Source: the human T2T-CHM13v2.0 reference genome, Homo sapiens
NCBI RefSeq assembly: GCF_009914755.1
Contig: NC_060927.1
Strand: one strand, 5' to 3'
DNA: 64,000 nt
Position numbers and translations under genes: made by a program. This document shows positions 14,473 through 31,448 of the stretch, in pieces. Numbering within the stretch: the first letter of the stretch is position 1; every line of letters starts with the position of its first letter. The notes under the pieces were generated by a model. That model saw only the letters and a list, made by a program, of their open reading frames with translations, was not told the origin of the DNA and did not search any database.

Positions 14473-14626
14473 TGTTAAAAGAAAAACTTCAGCCGAATTA
14501 AATTTACTGGAGTTTAATTGAGCAATGAACGATTTGTGAATTGGGCGGCCCCCAGAATCACAGCAGATTCAGAGAGACTCCAGGGGTGCCTTGTGGTCAG
14601 GATAAATTTATAGACGAGAAAAGGGA
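14473..14626 (-). mobile_element. MER51A-like ERV1 LTR fragment (one end only)
   Basis: TGTTAAAAGAAAAACTTCAGCCGAATTAAATTT...CCCCCAGAATCACAGCAGATTCAGAGAGACTCCAGG. Confidence 0.75.
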
Positions 14627-14961
14627 TGAGGAACACACGTCCAAGTGAAGAAGAGATGGCCAGGGCCAGAAGATGATTCTGTGTTACGGCCATGTCTAAG
14701 ACCACAACGGCATGGGCAGAGGATGCTGCCATAAGCTGGAATGCGGCCAGACAAAGTGGCTGAATTTTCAAAGGGGTCACTCATGGAGAACTGCTTGGGG
14801 TGGCCTCTTGTCATCTTGGCCTATGGGAACTTACAGATAAGAGCTAGGTCAGGGGATTACAACTCTGCCTTGGGCAATTGCCATTCTGCCATGTCCCATT
14901 CACCGTTGGCTCCCGGCCAGTAGATTCTCAAGTCTAGTATATGGAAGATGGTAAGGAGTCA

Positions 14962-15376
<415 letters not shown>

Positions 15377-15546
15377 TCAAATGAAAGGAAAGGCTATATT
15401 GTTAGATGAGGACTCAACCTGGCGGAGTCAGTGGAAATTATGGGGCAAATATGTTATTATAAGATTCTTCAACATACCAGGTACATTCTGGTTCCAATCT
15501 CATTTACCAAAAGGATAGATGATAATTTCTAATAAAATCACAGCCC

Positions 15547-15841
15547 CGCCAGGCACAGTAGCTCATGCCTGTAATCCCAGCACTTTGGAAGGCTGAGACG
15601 GGAGGATCACTTGAGTCCAGGAGTTCGAGACTAGCCTGGGGAACAAAGCAACACTTTGTCTCCAATACAATTTTAAAGTTAGCTGTGTGTGGTGGTGTGG
15701 CTGCAGTCCCAGCTACTCAGGAGGCTGAAGTGAGAGGATTGCTTGAACCCAGGAGGTCAAGGCTGCAGTGAGCTGAGATCATGCCACTGCATTCCAGCCT
15801 GGGTGACAGATTAAGACCCTGTCTCAAAAAAAAAAAAAAAA
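15547..15841 (+). mobile_element. AluJ
   Basis: GGATTGCTTGAACCCAGGAGGTCAAGGCTGCAG J-type diagnostics. Confidence 0.88.
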
Positions 15842-15906
15842 TTCACAGGTCCAAAATGGCTAAAAAAAGGTATATTGTAATATTCCTAATAAAATATTAC
15901 ATTTTA

Positions 15907-16356
<450 letters not shown>

Positions 16357-17309
16357 TCAGAACTTCCAGCAATTATATGATGTCCACTGTCCATTAGTAG
16401 AAAAAATAAGCCACAGTTCATGAAGAAACAGAAGCTTTTCCTGGTACTGAGTTCTCAGAATCTATCACTAGACTCTTACTTATTGTAATGAAGTCTCCCA
16501 CAGCTGTTTTTACAGGAAATGCAAACTTGTCTCCCATGTGACTTTGGCGAAAGACCCAGTAAACAACAACAGTCCTGAAAGCACAAAGCTACAGGAATAA
16601 GTCCTCCCAGCCCTATCCTCTACTCAAGGTCTGAATGCAACACACCTGTGGCTTGTTTCTGGCTCAACAATAATCTTTTCCTCACAAAGCAGCTCTTAAG
16701 CACTAAGCAGGGCTTCCTGTCACTAATCCCCAAAACATTTCTATGGGATAAAAACAGGAGACCAAGGGTAGACTCCTGCTAATTTAGAAACATTTTAAAA
16801 GATGGCTTGGGTTCAGTCTGCTCATTCCTCCCTGCCTCTACCACCACAAACCTAAAGAAAACAAAATTCCTACAGAAAAGCAAACTGTAAAACTCACAAC
16901 CGCAGCATGAAATGAGGAAGCAATGGGGTGCAGCACAAACTGTAATGTGGAAATGCTACACAGCGTCTCTCTGCTGCCTCCCACCAGCCAGGGCCGGGCT
17001 GGGAGCCAGGTCTGAGAAATAGTAGCACATGCTGCCACTCTTTTTGTGGATGGTTGCCATGGCAACCTGCCTCTGTTCAAATGCTGAGCATCTTTCAGCA
17101 GTCTCATCCTTATGCTCTTCTGGCCTGGAAGGGAAGTATTAGAAAGAAGGTAGTATGGGGGGGTTGGGGGAATACCAATGAGGGTATATGAAACAAATAG
17201 ATTGTTGGAGGATCAGGTAAGATGCCTCCCGTTATACTGGAAGTCTCAAGAAAGGGGTGGAAGATGGGTGGGCTCTCGATGTAGGTCCCACCCTATTTTC
17301 TGCAGCAAT

Positions 17310-17700
17310 TTCAGTCATTCATTCATTTACCCACTTGCTCATTCTTACATTAAACTAATTTTATGGAGCACCAATCATACTCCAGGCATTATACTGGGCA
17401 TTGGAGGTTTAATGATGAAAAAGATACCATCCCCCCCCCCCCCACAGGGAGCTCACAGTTCACATGGGAGATAGGAGATACACACACACACATGCATGCA
17501 CACACACACACTCAATTAATCATGATATAATGTTATAAGTGCAGAAATAGACATACATAAAAAATATTACAGACTTGAAAAACCAAGTGCAATTAATTCT
17601 TAGAGTTGAGTGTAAGGAGCTGATAAGAGAAAACTGCATAGAAAGGTTAATACTTGAGTAGGGTCTTGAAGGAGTTTGTTAAATGGAAAAAAAAATTGTC
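17310..17700 (-). mobile_element. L2 3' fragment
   Basis: TCATTCATTCATT end followed by GAGCACC...CCAGGCA...GAGCTCACAGT. Confidence 0.6.
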
Positions 17701-17759
17701 CAGACAGGGCACAACACAAACACTTGTGGTATGTTCCACATGGGATGTATCAAACAACC

Positions 17760-17985
17760 ACCAATAATAACAGCACTTGCAGAGTGCTCAGCTACTGTTC
17801 TGTGTGCTTTATATGTATTATCTCAGCTAACCCTCACAGTGACTCTGTAGAGGAGGTATTGCTGTGCCATTTTACAGAGGCACAGATAAGTAAAATAACT
17901 TGCCTAAAGTTACACTGGTATTTGATATTGGGTGGGAGAACCAGGCTTCTGGCTCCAAAGTTCATGTGCTTAATCTCAGCCTTAT
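17760..17985 (-). mobile_element. MIR
   Basis: AACCCTCACAGTGACTCTGT..CCATTTTACAGAG..AACTTGCCTAAAGTTACAC. Confidence 0.7.
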
Positions 17986-18378
17986 GCTTATCCCATTGTT
18001 CTGGGAAGGCAAGGTCACAGGATATACATGGGGAAAGAGGAGAAACAACAGTTGAGACTGCTGGGAAACAAAGATGAGGGGTAAATTATCATGCCCTCAA
18101 ATGCCATTTTAAAAAATCTGAAATTTGTGTTTTGGTCATGAGAAGCCATGATGGTGTTACAATGAAAATGGTATTATTATGGTGATTCTGGAATTCACGT
18201 GTAGGATAGAATGGAGGAGAAACAGACTGACGATTTCAACAGCAGGAACAGGAAGAGAAAGGAAGGGGAAGATCGCATGTAGTTTAAAACAAGGCAAGGC
18301 CCGTGTCATTTGGTTCATCACAGAGCCTGGTATACCACAGGCATTCAATAAATATTGGTTAAATAAATGTTTCAAAGT

Positions 18379-18506
18379 TGTCTTATTTGGCTTTACCTGA
18401 AAGCAAATTCTGAAATAAAAGTTCCCATATGAGAGTTTATTTAGGAAGTGTGGGGAATACCAGCAGATTAGAGAAGTAAGACAGGGAAGGAAAGGCAGCC
18501 AATAAA
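18379..18506 (-). mobile_element. LTR33-like ERVL LTR fragment, ending at the Alu
   Basis: TGTCTTA...AGTTTATTTAGGAAGTG...GACAGGGAAGGAAAGGCAGCCAATAAAG. Confidence 0.6.
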
Positions 18507-18819
18507 GGCCGGGCACTGTGGCTCATGCCTGTAATCCCAGCACTTTGGGAGGATGAGGCAAGTGGATTGTTTGAACCCAGGAGTTTGAGAGCAGGACGAA
18601 ATGATTAAACTTTTTCTCTACAAAAATACAAAAATTAGCTGGCTGTGGTGGTGCATGCCTGTAGTCCCAGCTACTCAGGAGGCTGGGTGGGAGGATTGCT
18701 TAAGCCTAGGAGGCGAAATTTGCAGTTAGCCAATATCGTGCCACTACACTCCAGCCAGGGTGACAGAGTGAGACCCTGTCTCAAAAAACAAACAAACAAA
18801 AAACCCCAGAAAACAAAAA
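18507..18819 (+). mobile_element. AluJ, no visible TSD
   Basis: Full dimer with J-like right arm. Confidence 0.88.
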
Positions 18820-18820
18820 G

Positions 18821-19034
18821 GAGGTATAGAGACAGCTTAGTGTTTGAGTTATTTGAACATGTCTGTGATTGACTGATCCCTGGCTGCTGTCACTGGCTGA
18901 GACTCAGCTATTTGTTATAAAAGTATATTTCTAAGTTAAGCTTTCAGTTAGTTTAAATACTAAGTTGGTTGCAGTTTGTTCAGTAAGGAGTCAAGTACTG
19001 AGGCATCTTCAGGCCAAATTTAGTTTAATTTAAC
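18821..19034 (-). mobile_element. MER51-family LTR fragment
   Basis: GAGACTCAGCTATTTGTTA...GGTTGCAGTTTGTTCA...CAGGCCAAATTTAGTTTAATTTAAC. Confidence 0.65.
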
Positions 19035-20171
19035 CATTGGGGGAATGTGTTCTTAGTGGTGAGAAGTTGGTGTTTTAGACTCTTGGATTTTATTATTTGG
19101 GTGAACTCCAGAAAACTTCCCAAATATTATGGGTGGCTTTTGTAGAAGGTTAATTATATTATTCAACGTTGAAAGCTGAAACTCCATCAAGTAATATTTA
19201 TAACAAAGATTGAGTAGAAAAGACGGAGGAAGGAGAAGGAAGAGGAAGAGAAAAAAGTGAAGGGAGAAAGAAGGGGAGAGAAAGACTACTACTAAAATCG
19301 GCATCACAGGTCCCAAAGCCAGCTCTTGTATCTGAATGTGCAAAACTTGACTAGTGTCTAAAGTTTCTAAACAGTGAGAATGAGATATTAACACGCGATT
19401 TGTTTTTCTGGCTAATCATGAAGTTCTCATCTGAAGAAAAATTTCTACTCATTCCCACCTCCCCTCCCACCCTACTCATCTCAGCATCTTTCCCACCTTC
19501 CCACCCCACTGAGATCTTGTCTACCCAAGATTTTCTGTTTCTTATCACAATTGCATTCTATGAAGGTAGGTCTTCCTCTATTTCCCAATTTGAACAGATA
19601 AAAAGTAATGATTCCTAAACTTGCAATGCAACTGTGTCTGCCCCAGGGAAGGATCAAAGGAAATTAGCCCACAGAGTCTGTTCTGTTATACAAAAACCAT
19701 GGGTTTTTGTTCCAAAGCGTGACTCTAGGGGTACCGCAGAGACTGATGCCATGGCTATGTGGTTAGAGCATGAGTAAGTACCTCAGAAAGCATGATGTCA
19801 TCAATGCACTTTTCAAGCCTTAAGACAACCTTGCAGGTATAGCCCCCATGTCTAACTTGTCAGAACTTTATCAATGGCAGAATGGCATAGAAGGAAGCAG
19901 GTGGCTAACCTGTTGCCTGGAGTCACATGGGAGCTTCAGAGACCTGCTGAAAGGAGAACTGTCTTAGCATTGCTCCCTTAGTCATTGCATGCCTCTTTTG
20001 GCAAACCTTGAAATTCCCTCTAGTAACCTTATAAGGAACTGAAAATTATAGCCAACATCTAAACACAAGTGGATGTATTTAACAAGTGAATATCGTATTC
20101 AAACCTGTCAAAACAAAGATAACTGAAAATCATGTGAACACCACAGTGTGAATAAAAATTCACCCACTTTC

Positions 20172-20463
<292 letters not shown>

Positions 20464-21167
20464 TCACCCACTTTCAAGACATGTCACTTTCCAGACATTG
20501 CCTCATTGACTCTTTCACCTCAAGAGAGAGGAGAGTTATGGCAAGCTATGAATATTTCTTGTCCCTGGACAGAATGGGAAAAGTATGGAAATCTTGCCTT
20601 TTGAAAAGCATAGCAGGATTATTAAAAACATCAAGAACCACCAAACTAAGGTGAATGCAAAAAGAAAGAAGCAGTTATTGTGAGACCACAGGTATCTTTT
20701 GAGAGTAGACAGTGAGAAACAGTCTTTTACAGAGCAGAGTATCAAATGAAGCTCATTAGGCCTGGCAAGGCACATTAAAGAGACATTCAGACCAGGCACT
20801 GACTCACTGAAGGCAGCTCAGGTGTGGTCCAGGGTACTAGGTTCTCCCTGAGGTTGTGACTACCAATTAGATGGTGATGGAAGGTATGGTGAGCTATCTG
20901 TCAATGTCTTCAAAGGCCTCTGGAGCAAAGCCACAGTGTTCTAACCAGGTGCACACAGAGAATATTTTTCTGATCCACAGCCAGAACATGGTGTAGGCCT
21001 GAAAGATAACCTGTGACTGAGCAAGTCAAACTGTTGCAAATGGGTGAGTACTATGATCTCCCTAGATGAGTAAGTGCTCTACCACTACTATTTATTTATA
21101 CTTCAATTCCAACAATTAGCAAAAAGATAAAAGAAATTGGGAAGACAATATAGAATATGGTTAAGAA

Positions 21168-21462
21168 GGCCGAGTATGGTGGCTCACACCTGTAATTCCA
21201 TCACTCTAGGAAGCTGAGGTGGGTGGATCGCTTGAGCTTAGGAGTTCAAGACCAGTCTGGGCAACATAGCAAAATCTCATCTCTACAAAAAATAAAAAAA
21301 TTAGCCAGGCATGGTGGCACGTGCCTGTAGTCCCAGCTACTCCAGAGGATGAGGTGGGAGGATCGCTTGAGCCTGGGAGTTCAAGGCTGCAGTGAGCCGT
21401 GATTGCGTGCCTGGGTGACAGAGCAAGTCTTTGTTAAAAAAAAAAAGAGAAGAAGAAGAAGA
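21168..21462 (+). mobile_element. AluJ inserted into a MIR (MIR continues to ~21670)
   Basis: J-type dimer with (AGA)n tail; MIR core CCTCAACTTCCTCATTCACAAAATTGGG downstream. Confidence 0.85.
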
Positions 21463-22277
21463 AGGTGGTTAAATTCGGACTGCCTGAGTCTGAATCCAAG
21501 GCTCTGTCACTTATTAACATTAAATCATGGGCAAATAATGATTCTAGGCCTCAACTTCCTCATTCACAAAATTGGGATTTTTCAGGGTTTTGGTAATGAT
21601 TAAATATGGGAACAGACGCAAAGAACTTAATACAATACGTCTCAGTAAATGGGAACTATTATCATTATATTAATAAAACATATATCTGAAAGAGTAAAAC
21701 TGATGTGGAAATTGAAAATTAAATACAGAGGTGTGTGTTTTGGGAGGAGGTGGTAAATGCTAGTTATTTTATTAGCCCTAGTTAGGCAAATATGATTACT
21801 TTGATTGGACGTTATATTTAGCTTTGAGTTTCCTAAAATCTAAGGAAAAATAAAAATCATTATAGACCAAATTATTCTCATTTTGTTATTAAACACAACA
21901 TTAATATACAGTTAATTCTCAATCAACTTTTGTGGAATGCCAGAATAATTGCTGCTCAATAGAATTCCCTCAGCCAGTTGTCTTACTTTTCTACTTGCCT
22001 CTTTTTTTCAACTTTAACCTTAAGACATTTTGAAAATTAATAAAATTCAGGAATCCACTAATACCTGTGCCTTCCCATTGTTCAAGTACTTAGCTTTAGT
22101 TTTATTTTATTTTTTGCTTTTTATAGAAGTCTTAATGGCTAGTTTCCTTTATTTTAACTTAAATAAACACGAAATCAAAAGCATTCTTCCTTGAGACTTC
22201 CAGAATGGTGAAATAAAAAGTCTCTCTCTGGCAAAACAATTTAACTTGTGAAAATAATTTTTAAAAAATCATTTAAC

Positions 22278-22547
<270 letters not shown>

Positions 22548-22565
22548 TTAAAGTCTCTGAAAATT

Positions 22566-22900
<335 letters not shown>

Positions 22901-23211
22901 TCAAGAACATATAGCAAATGAAGAAAACTCACTCAAGAAAGTCAACTGGGAATCTCAGTAAGAGTGTCTGTGGCATTTCAGCCATGGCCTGGCCTGCTAA
23001 CCTTTCCTGCAGTGCCATGTTACCAAAGCTCTACCCTGAAAGTGCTGCTCCTGGCAGGCACAGATAATGAGATAGGGGCTCCCTTGTCCGTCAGCTCCCA
23101 TTCTGGGCAATGGTCTCACTCTAAGAGAGGTGGACTGCCAACATTTCTCAAATATATACATTTTATCCTGTTAGTCTGCCTGCTGTAAATTTATTTCATA
23201 GTCTCAGTTAT

Positions 23212-23520
23212 TTTTTATTATTATTTTGAAACAGGGTCTTGCTCTGTCACTCAGGCTGGAGTGCAGTGGTATAATCATGGCTCACTGTGGTCCTGAGTTC
23301 ATGAGTTCAAGTGATCCTCCTGCCACAGCCTACTGAGTAGCTGGGACAACAGGCATGTGCCACCACATCCGGTTAGTTTTTTTATTTTTAATTTTATTTT
23401 TATAGAGACAGGGCCTCACTATGTTGCCCAGGCTAGTCTTGAACTCTTGGGCTCAACTGATCTTCCTGCCTCAGCCTCTCAGAGTGCTGGGATTACAGGC
23501 ATGAGCCACTGTGCCTAGCC
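23212..23520 (-). mobile_element. AluJ
   Basis: Full dimer; TSD AGTCTCA..TATT. Confidence 0.88.
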
Positions 23521-23559
23521 AGTCTCAACTATTGAACCCTCAGAGGAGAGAGGGAAATT

Positions 23560-24380
23560 ATTAAAAACTTTGAGAAGAAGGAAAAGAAAAACAGGACAAA
23601 ACATATGTTATGTAGCTAAAGCAGTGCTCCAAGATAAAATTATAGCTGTAAATGCCTATATTAACAAAGAAGAAAGATCACAAATCAATCACCTAAACCT
23701 CTACCTTAAGAAACTAGAAAAAAAGAGCAAACAACCCAAAGTAAACAGAAGGAAATAATGATTAGAGGAGAATAAGTGAAATAGGGAATAGAAAAACAGT
23801 AGAGAAAACCAACTGATATGGTTTGGCTTTGTGTCCCCACCCAATCTCACCTTGAAATGTAATCCCTGGGTGTTGGAGAAGGAACTGGGGGGAGGTGATT
23901 GGATCATGGGGGCGGTTTCCCCCCTGCTGTTCTAGTGATAGTGAGTGAGTTCTCATGAGATCTGATGGTTTTATAAGTGTTTGGCCAGTTCCTCTTTTGC
24001 TTGCTTCTTCTTCCTGCTGCCTTGTGGAGAAGGTGCTTGCTTCCCATTTGCCTTCTGGCATGATTGTAAATTTCCTGAGGCCTCCCCAGCCATGCAGAAT
24101 GGTGAGTCAATTAAACCTCCCTTGTCTATAAATTACCGAGTCTTGGGTAGTATCTTTATAGCAGTGTGAGAATGGACTAATACACCAACAAAGCCAGAAG
24201 TTGGTTCTTTGTAATGATCAACAAAATTGACAAATCTTCAGCTGGACCGAACAAGAAAAAAAAAAGAAGACTCAATTTATTAAGATCAAGAATGAAGGGG
24301 TAGACATACCACCAACCTTACATAAATGACAAGGATTATCAGGACTATAAGGGAATATTATGCCAACAAATTAGAAAAGA
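23560..24380 (+). mobile_element. Old L1 ORF2 fragment split by a THE1 LTR
   Basis: ORF 23570..23758 resembles ORF2 (AKAVLQDKIIAVNAYINKEERSQIN). Confidence 0.8.
23814..24184 (+). mobile_element. THE1D-like solo LTR
   Basis: TGATATGGTTTGG...GGACTAATACA with perfect 5-bp TSD CCAAC. Confidence 0.9.
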
Positions 24381-24521
24381 TATGTGCAATGACTTTGCTT
24401 ATAATGGAAAAAGATCAGAAGCCATCCCTATGTCCATAAATTGGGGACAGACTAGATGCATACGTAAAAATATCAATAGACCTACATGATATACTGTTGA
24501 ATTTTAAAAAGCAAGTTGTAG

Positions 24522-24839
<318 letters not shown>

Positions 24840-26221
24840 AGTATAATATCTTTTATGTAAATATACACTGAGTGATATTCTGAAGTTTCTATGGGTAGGT
24901 GTAGGGGTGTGTGTGTGTGTGCGTGCATGCACATGCACGTATAGGGAAGGACGTGCACCACAACTAATAACCGAGTTTACCAGGGAGAAGGTGGTGAAAC
25001 ACCAGGGCTGGGAGTTAGGGGTGGGGGAAAAAGGAGGAAAATTGTAGCTTTATTTATAATGGTTCATATTTTTTGAAGGAAAATATATTTATGAATAGTT
25101 TGTGAAATTTGAATTGTTTTTTAAGAAAATAATAGCTTAATAAATGGTGTCAAAATCTTTGATTCATTTAGGAAATTACAAATTTGGTGGTTTTACATAG
25201 ATATGGCCTTGGATAAAAATGAACATTAAAAACATTTTTCTGCATTTGCTTATACATATCAGTATATCTGCCACTGTCAGGTCTAAATGAAAAAGGCTTT
25301 AAAAACAATATTATATGAAAAATAAAGATTAAACACAAAAGATAAAAATAAATGCTAACAAACATAAGGCTCATTTGAACCCTGACATAGTTCTGAATCT
25401 CTAAAATATCTATTACTTCATTAAAGACTCAAATGTAATGTCTAGAGAAACAAATTGCCTTATAGTTTAAAACAACAGACCAGTGAATTTGCCTAGTTTC
25501 CTAGACCCTAATGATGCAGATGCTGAGTGTAGCTTTAGGCATTTTTCAACACCAAGCCTTCAGTATGAAAAAGTACATGGCTCATTGCCAAATACGTTTG
25601 CCAAGTCCCAATTTACAAGCACTATTCAGCTCATTTGCACTTCTATCTTGATCCTGAGTGTTGGTTATTAAGAAATAATAACATCATGGCATTGTTCCTT
25701 GGGTAGACAGAGCCATGACCTTGGTATATCTCATCCCCGCGAACAAAAATATCCAGAAATGTCTTTAAGTGTCTTTAAGCTCTCATTTTCTATTGAATTG
25801 AACACTTTCCTATGGGGACCTCTTAGGTTCATCCCAAAAGGCAGGATTTCCTCATTGAGATAAGTCATGAATGCCAGAGTCTCATTCTTTCTCAATTATT
25901 TGGTCAAAAAAAAATCATAGCTATTAATAGTTAGAAGAAAATAGTTCAGAAAATAGAAGAAAATAGTTCAGTCCTAATTTCACCTTTCATTCTGAATAGA
26001 GGAGGAATTGCTAGTGCTCATTTCCTTGAGTGCTTGAATTAATCATCCCAAGTGTCTCCTATCAATAAAAACTAGAATAGACTTCTACAGGCCGAGAGTT
26101 AGGGTCTAAAGTTAAGGATAAGTTATATGTTCAAGAATCTCTGGTACTAGTATAAAAGAATTATGAAACTCAGGAAAGGAGTTAATAGGAGCCATCATCA
26201 ACAGATTGCTAAAGGAAGAGA

Positions 26222-26763
26222 TGACAGTGAACCTCTGTTGTTTTTGTCTGCTTAGAATCCATTCCTTTCTTCTGGTGATAAGATCCTGAGTCCCTTTGCA
26301 GAACCATCCCTCTTCCACTCTCAGTTCATGAGGTTCAGGTTGGACTATTATGACCACCTGGCTCTAGGAGTAGGCACATGACTCAGATCGGGCCACTAGA
26401 GAATTCTATACCTCAAGTTAAAGTAATAGATTCATAGATGAGATGGCCACTTGACCCACACCAAGCTAATGAGAATCCAGGAAGTTTCTGGCACTGCTGG
26501 AGAAAACGTGCTATATCTTGTGTTGGTAGAACTTAATTCTGAAGCTCTGCATAGTCCTGTTTACAGAGACTGCCTACCAGAAAATAAAGCCAACACTAAG
26601 AAGAGCTAGGCCAAGGGAAGGAGAGAGAATCCTGATGGCATTTTGTGAGACCTGAAGTAAGCATCACACCTTGAACTTCTCCGTTACGTGGATAATTTTA
26701 ATTTCCTTTGTAATTTGAATGAGTTTTTGGCCACTGACAACCAAAAGAATTTTGACTGATACA
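26222..26763 (+). mobile_element. LTR16-like ERVL solo LTR
   Basis: GGCACATGACTCAG..GGCCA, ends CAACCAAAAGAATTTTGACTGATACA. Confidence 0.6.
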
Positions 26764-27310
26764 CGAGTAATGCAGTGTATTTAGGTGTTAAGCAAGCCTT
26801 TCCAGAGGTTGCCCTTCTACTGTGCTTATCTAAGTCCTATTTTTTTTCAAAGACCAATTAAAATATAGTGTTATCCTTGCAGCCTTTTAGAATCCCATCA
26901 GACTTTTGTGAATCCTTCCTCCTTTTAATTTCCCAAAGCATTTGTTTCCAATTGTCAATTATTATCCCTCCTTGTTTGTTTTAAATATATTCACACATCC
27001 TCTCTCTTCACATTGATTACAGTAAAATCCCAAGGTTAGGAACCATGTGTAGTAATGCATTCCTTTATCTCGGTGCTTTGAGTAGATTAGGGTTTCAGTA
27101 AATATTTGCTGATACATTTTAAGGGCTGCAGTATCTGTGATCCAGTTTTGTGTTCCATCTCAACTAACCCCAACACATGCCCAACATATACACTTACCCT
27201 CAACCAAACACATACACACTGTGTACACAGACCCCTAAACATACACATATTCTGAAGTCACTGATGCAGGGTGAGCTCCTTTTTATGTATTGCCATAAAG
27301 ATCTATTTGG

Positions 27311-27498
27311 CAGAGCAAAGGGGGAGTGGGGAGAGGGAGAGCATCAGGAAGAATAGCTAATGCATGCTGGGCTTAATACCTAGGTGATGGGATGATCTTT
27401 GCAGCTAACCACCATGGCACACGTTTACCTATGTAACAAACCTGCATATCCTGCACGTGTACCGAGAACTTACAATAAAAGTTGAAGAAAAAATAAAA
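27311..27498 (+). mobile_element. Short L1PA (L1PA13/14-like) 3' end
   Basis: GGGCTTAATACCTAGGTGATGGGATGATC..ACCATGGCACACGTTTACCTATGTAACAAACCTGCA; imperfect TSD AAAGATC(C)TATT. Confidence 0.85.
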
Positions 27499-28013
27499 GA
27501 TCCTATTAGGGAGAGGACAATTCCAGTAACTAAGTTCCTTAGGATTCAGAAATGGCTGAATGACAAGGATAGAAGTGTTTGGTTTCCTCACCCCCATCTC
27601 AACTGAAATGAAAAGGAGTGGTGAGGGGAAAAGCCATGTTGAGGAGAAAGGTGAGTCTGACTGAGTAATCTCTAACCCAGGAGAAGGCCTGTGCCCCGTA
27701 GCCAGCTTTAGAGTAAAAACAATAAAATGATTTTTTGCTGCATCATAAGTACATGTTACAACACCCAGGCACAGGCCTTGAAATAAATTATACAGGACTT
27801 GTAAGCAGCAGGATCTGGGTGGATGAGAATTTTAATAATAATGAAAATATGACTCAGGTCTTGGCTCTCCCCTAAGGCATTTCCAACTCTCTGACCTTGG
27901 TTGCATCATTGCTCTGCTGTGTGGAAAGAAGAGAGTGAGCGGAGACCCATGGAGCGAAGTGTTTTTCCTTTCCCTTTCTTCCAGCTTCTCTGGGTGAGTG
28001 GGGTGAAAAGTTA

Positions 28014-28404
<391 letters not shown>

Positions 28405-28549
28405 TGAGTTTTAAAAAAATTTAAAGAATACAGTCAAGAAGTGAGAACACTCAGGGTCTTGAAGTCACTGAGGGGAGGTGTTTCAGTAGCTACTACTATT
28501 GCAATGAGTATCAAAGAGAGTCTTCTTGGTAGAATTTCACAAACAGTAA

Positions 28550-28790
28550 TAGAATAGCTCACCTTTACTGTAGATGTATGATGTGCTAGGCACTACATTA
28601 ACACTTTACATTTGTCTCCTCACCCAACCTCTCCTTACATGTGTGTTAGGCTGTATCAACATTCTGATTTTTACAGATGGGGAAACTGAGGCTTATAGAG
28701 AGTAAGAAGCTCTTCTAATACTGCACAGCAAGTGAGCAATGGAAATAGTCTTAGAGTTCAAGATCCTCTTATTCCATCCTTTTAACCTCT
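28550..28790 (-). mobile_element. MIR
   Basis: TTTTACAGATGGGGAAACTGAGGCT core. Confidence 0.75.
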
Positions 28791-29044
28791 CCAAAATATG
28801 AAATAAGATGGTACTCAGAGAAATACCTTTGCTCTTTTCCTGGCAAAAAATCTTAGGGAAGGTACACCATAAAGAAACAAACACAGAAGTTCCTCCTGGT
28901 GCCTAAAACCCCCAAGTGCCCAAAGTCTAAATAGAGTGTAAACAGTTTGTCCTTACCCACAGTTTTGCTTTCCGAGGTTTCAGTTACCTACAGTCAACTG
29001 TGGTCTGAAAATATTACAGTATTTTGAGAGAAAGAGAGATATGA

Positions 29045-29619
<575 letters not shown>

Positions 29620-29986
29620 CACATAACTTGTATTTTAGTATATTGTTATAATTGTTCTATTTTATTATTAGTTATTTGTGTTAATCTCTTACTGTGCCTA
29701 ATTTATAAATTAAACTTTATCATGTGTATCTATGTATAGGAAAAAACATAGTATACATAGGGTTCAGTATTAGCTGCAGTCTCATCCACTAGGGATCTTG
29801 GCACACATTCCTTGACGATAAGGGGGAACTACTGTTTAAGTGGCTTCAAGTGACTTTTACAGATCAGTTGAAACCCTCAGCTCCTAGTATATATCCACCC
29901 TGGCTTCTTCCCTCTTTGCTTTGCTTGGAGCTTGCTCTGAGTAACTTGTTTTCAGTCATAACTTTTGTATTAAAACAGATGAGGGT

Positions 29987-30330
<344 letters not shown>

Positions 30331-30576
30331 AACAGATGAGGGTGTGGGACACCCTTTAATTTTGTTTTTCTTAAACTATCTCTACTTCGAGTTCTGGGAA
30401 CTTGAATAATGTTTTCTCTCTTCCAACTGCACTTAGGGATCTTGTGATCCAGTTCAGTCATAAGCCACTTACAAGCTTATGTGAGATAGAAGCTCCAGCA
30501 CGTTCATGAAGGCAGCTCATATAACCAAGATCACCCCCTTCCCTTTTCCTTTTCCCACATGCTGACTCCAAGTAAG

Positions 30577-30862
30577 TTTTTTGTTGTTGTTTTGTTTTCA
30601 TTTTTTAGAGACAGGGTCTCACTCTGTCAGCTCACTACAGCCTGGGCCTCCTGGGCTCAAGCAGTCCTCCTGCCTCAGCCTCCTGAGTAGGTGGGACCAC
30701 AGACACATGCCACCACACCTGGCTAATTAAAAAAAAAAATTGTGTGGAGAAGGGGGTCTCACTATGTTGCTCAGGCTGGTCTCCAACTCCTGGCCTCAGC
30801 AATCCTCTTGCCTCAGCCTCCCAAAGCAATGAAATTACAAGCATGAGCCACTGCACCAGGCT
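30577..30862 (-). mobile_element. AluJ with internal deletion
   Basis: J-type sequence. Confidence 0.87.
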
Positions 30863-31448
30863 GCCAAGTGGTTTTTACTAGGAATCAGGACTTTTAAGAC
30901 TGACAGTGACACAGAAATTGACACTTGCTTTACCCTGCTGGAGCTCATCAAGGACAATGGCAGCCTGTTGGGCATGCTCAGCATGCCAGACCACAGACCA
31001 AGGTCTCAGCTTCCCTCTGGAACTCCACTACAAGCAGATCGTATCGGTGAGTGCTTAAACACAGTGGCATGAATAGAGCAGCCCACTGTCTCATTACTTT
31101 AAGCACCACGCTTGAGAATTCCAAGCCAACAGAAGAACTCGACCTGTTCCCAAGCCTTTTGTTGCCGTCTCCTAAATCCTGCAAGTCCTCCTCCTTAAAC
31201 TAAAGGGCTGGGGATTTCAGAAAGGGTGAAGGAAACAGTGCTCTTGAATCAGAAACAAGAACAAGGCACACAGGAACTTTTTCCTGACCTTCAACTTAAT
31301 CACTTGCCTACCAAGGAGCTAAAAGCATTCACATTTTAATTTTCAAGGAAATGTTTGGTCTCAGTTTTCAGGTTCTTCCTGCTTGACTGGGTGTCCTCAT
31401 TTCTCTCAGAAAAAAAAAAAAAAAAAAAGACAGTGATGACACAGATCT

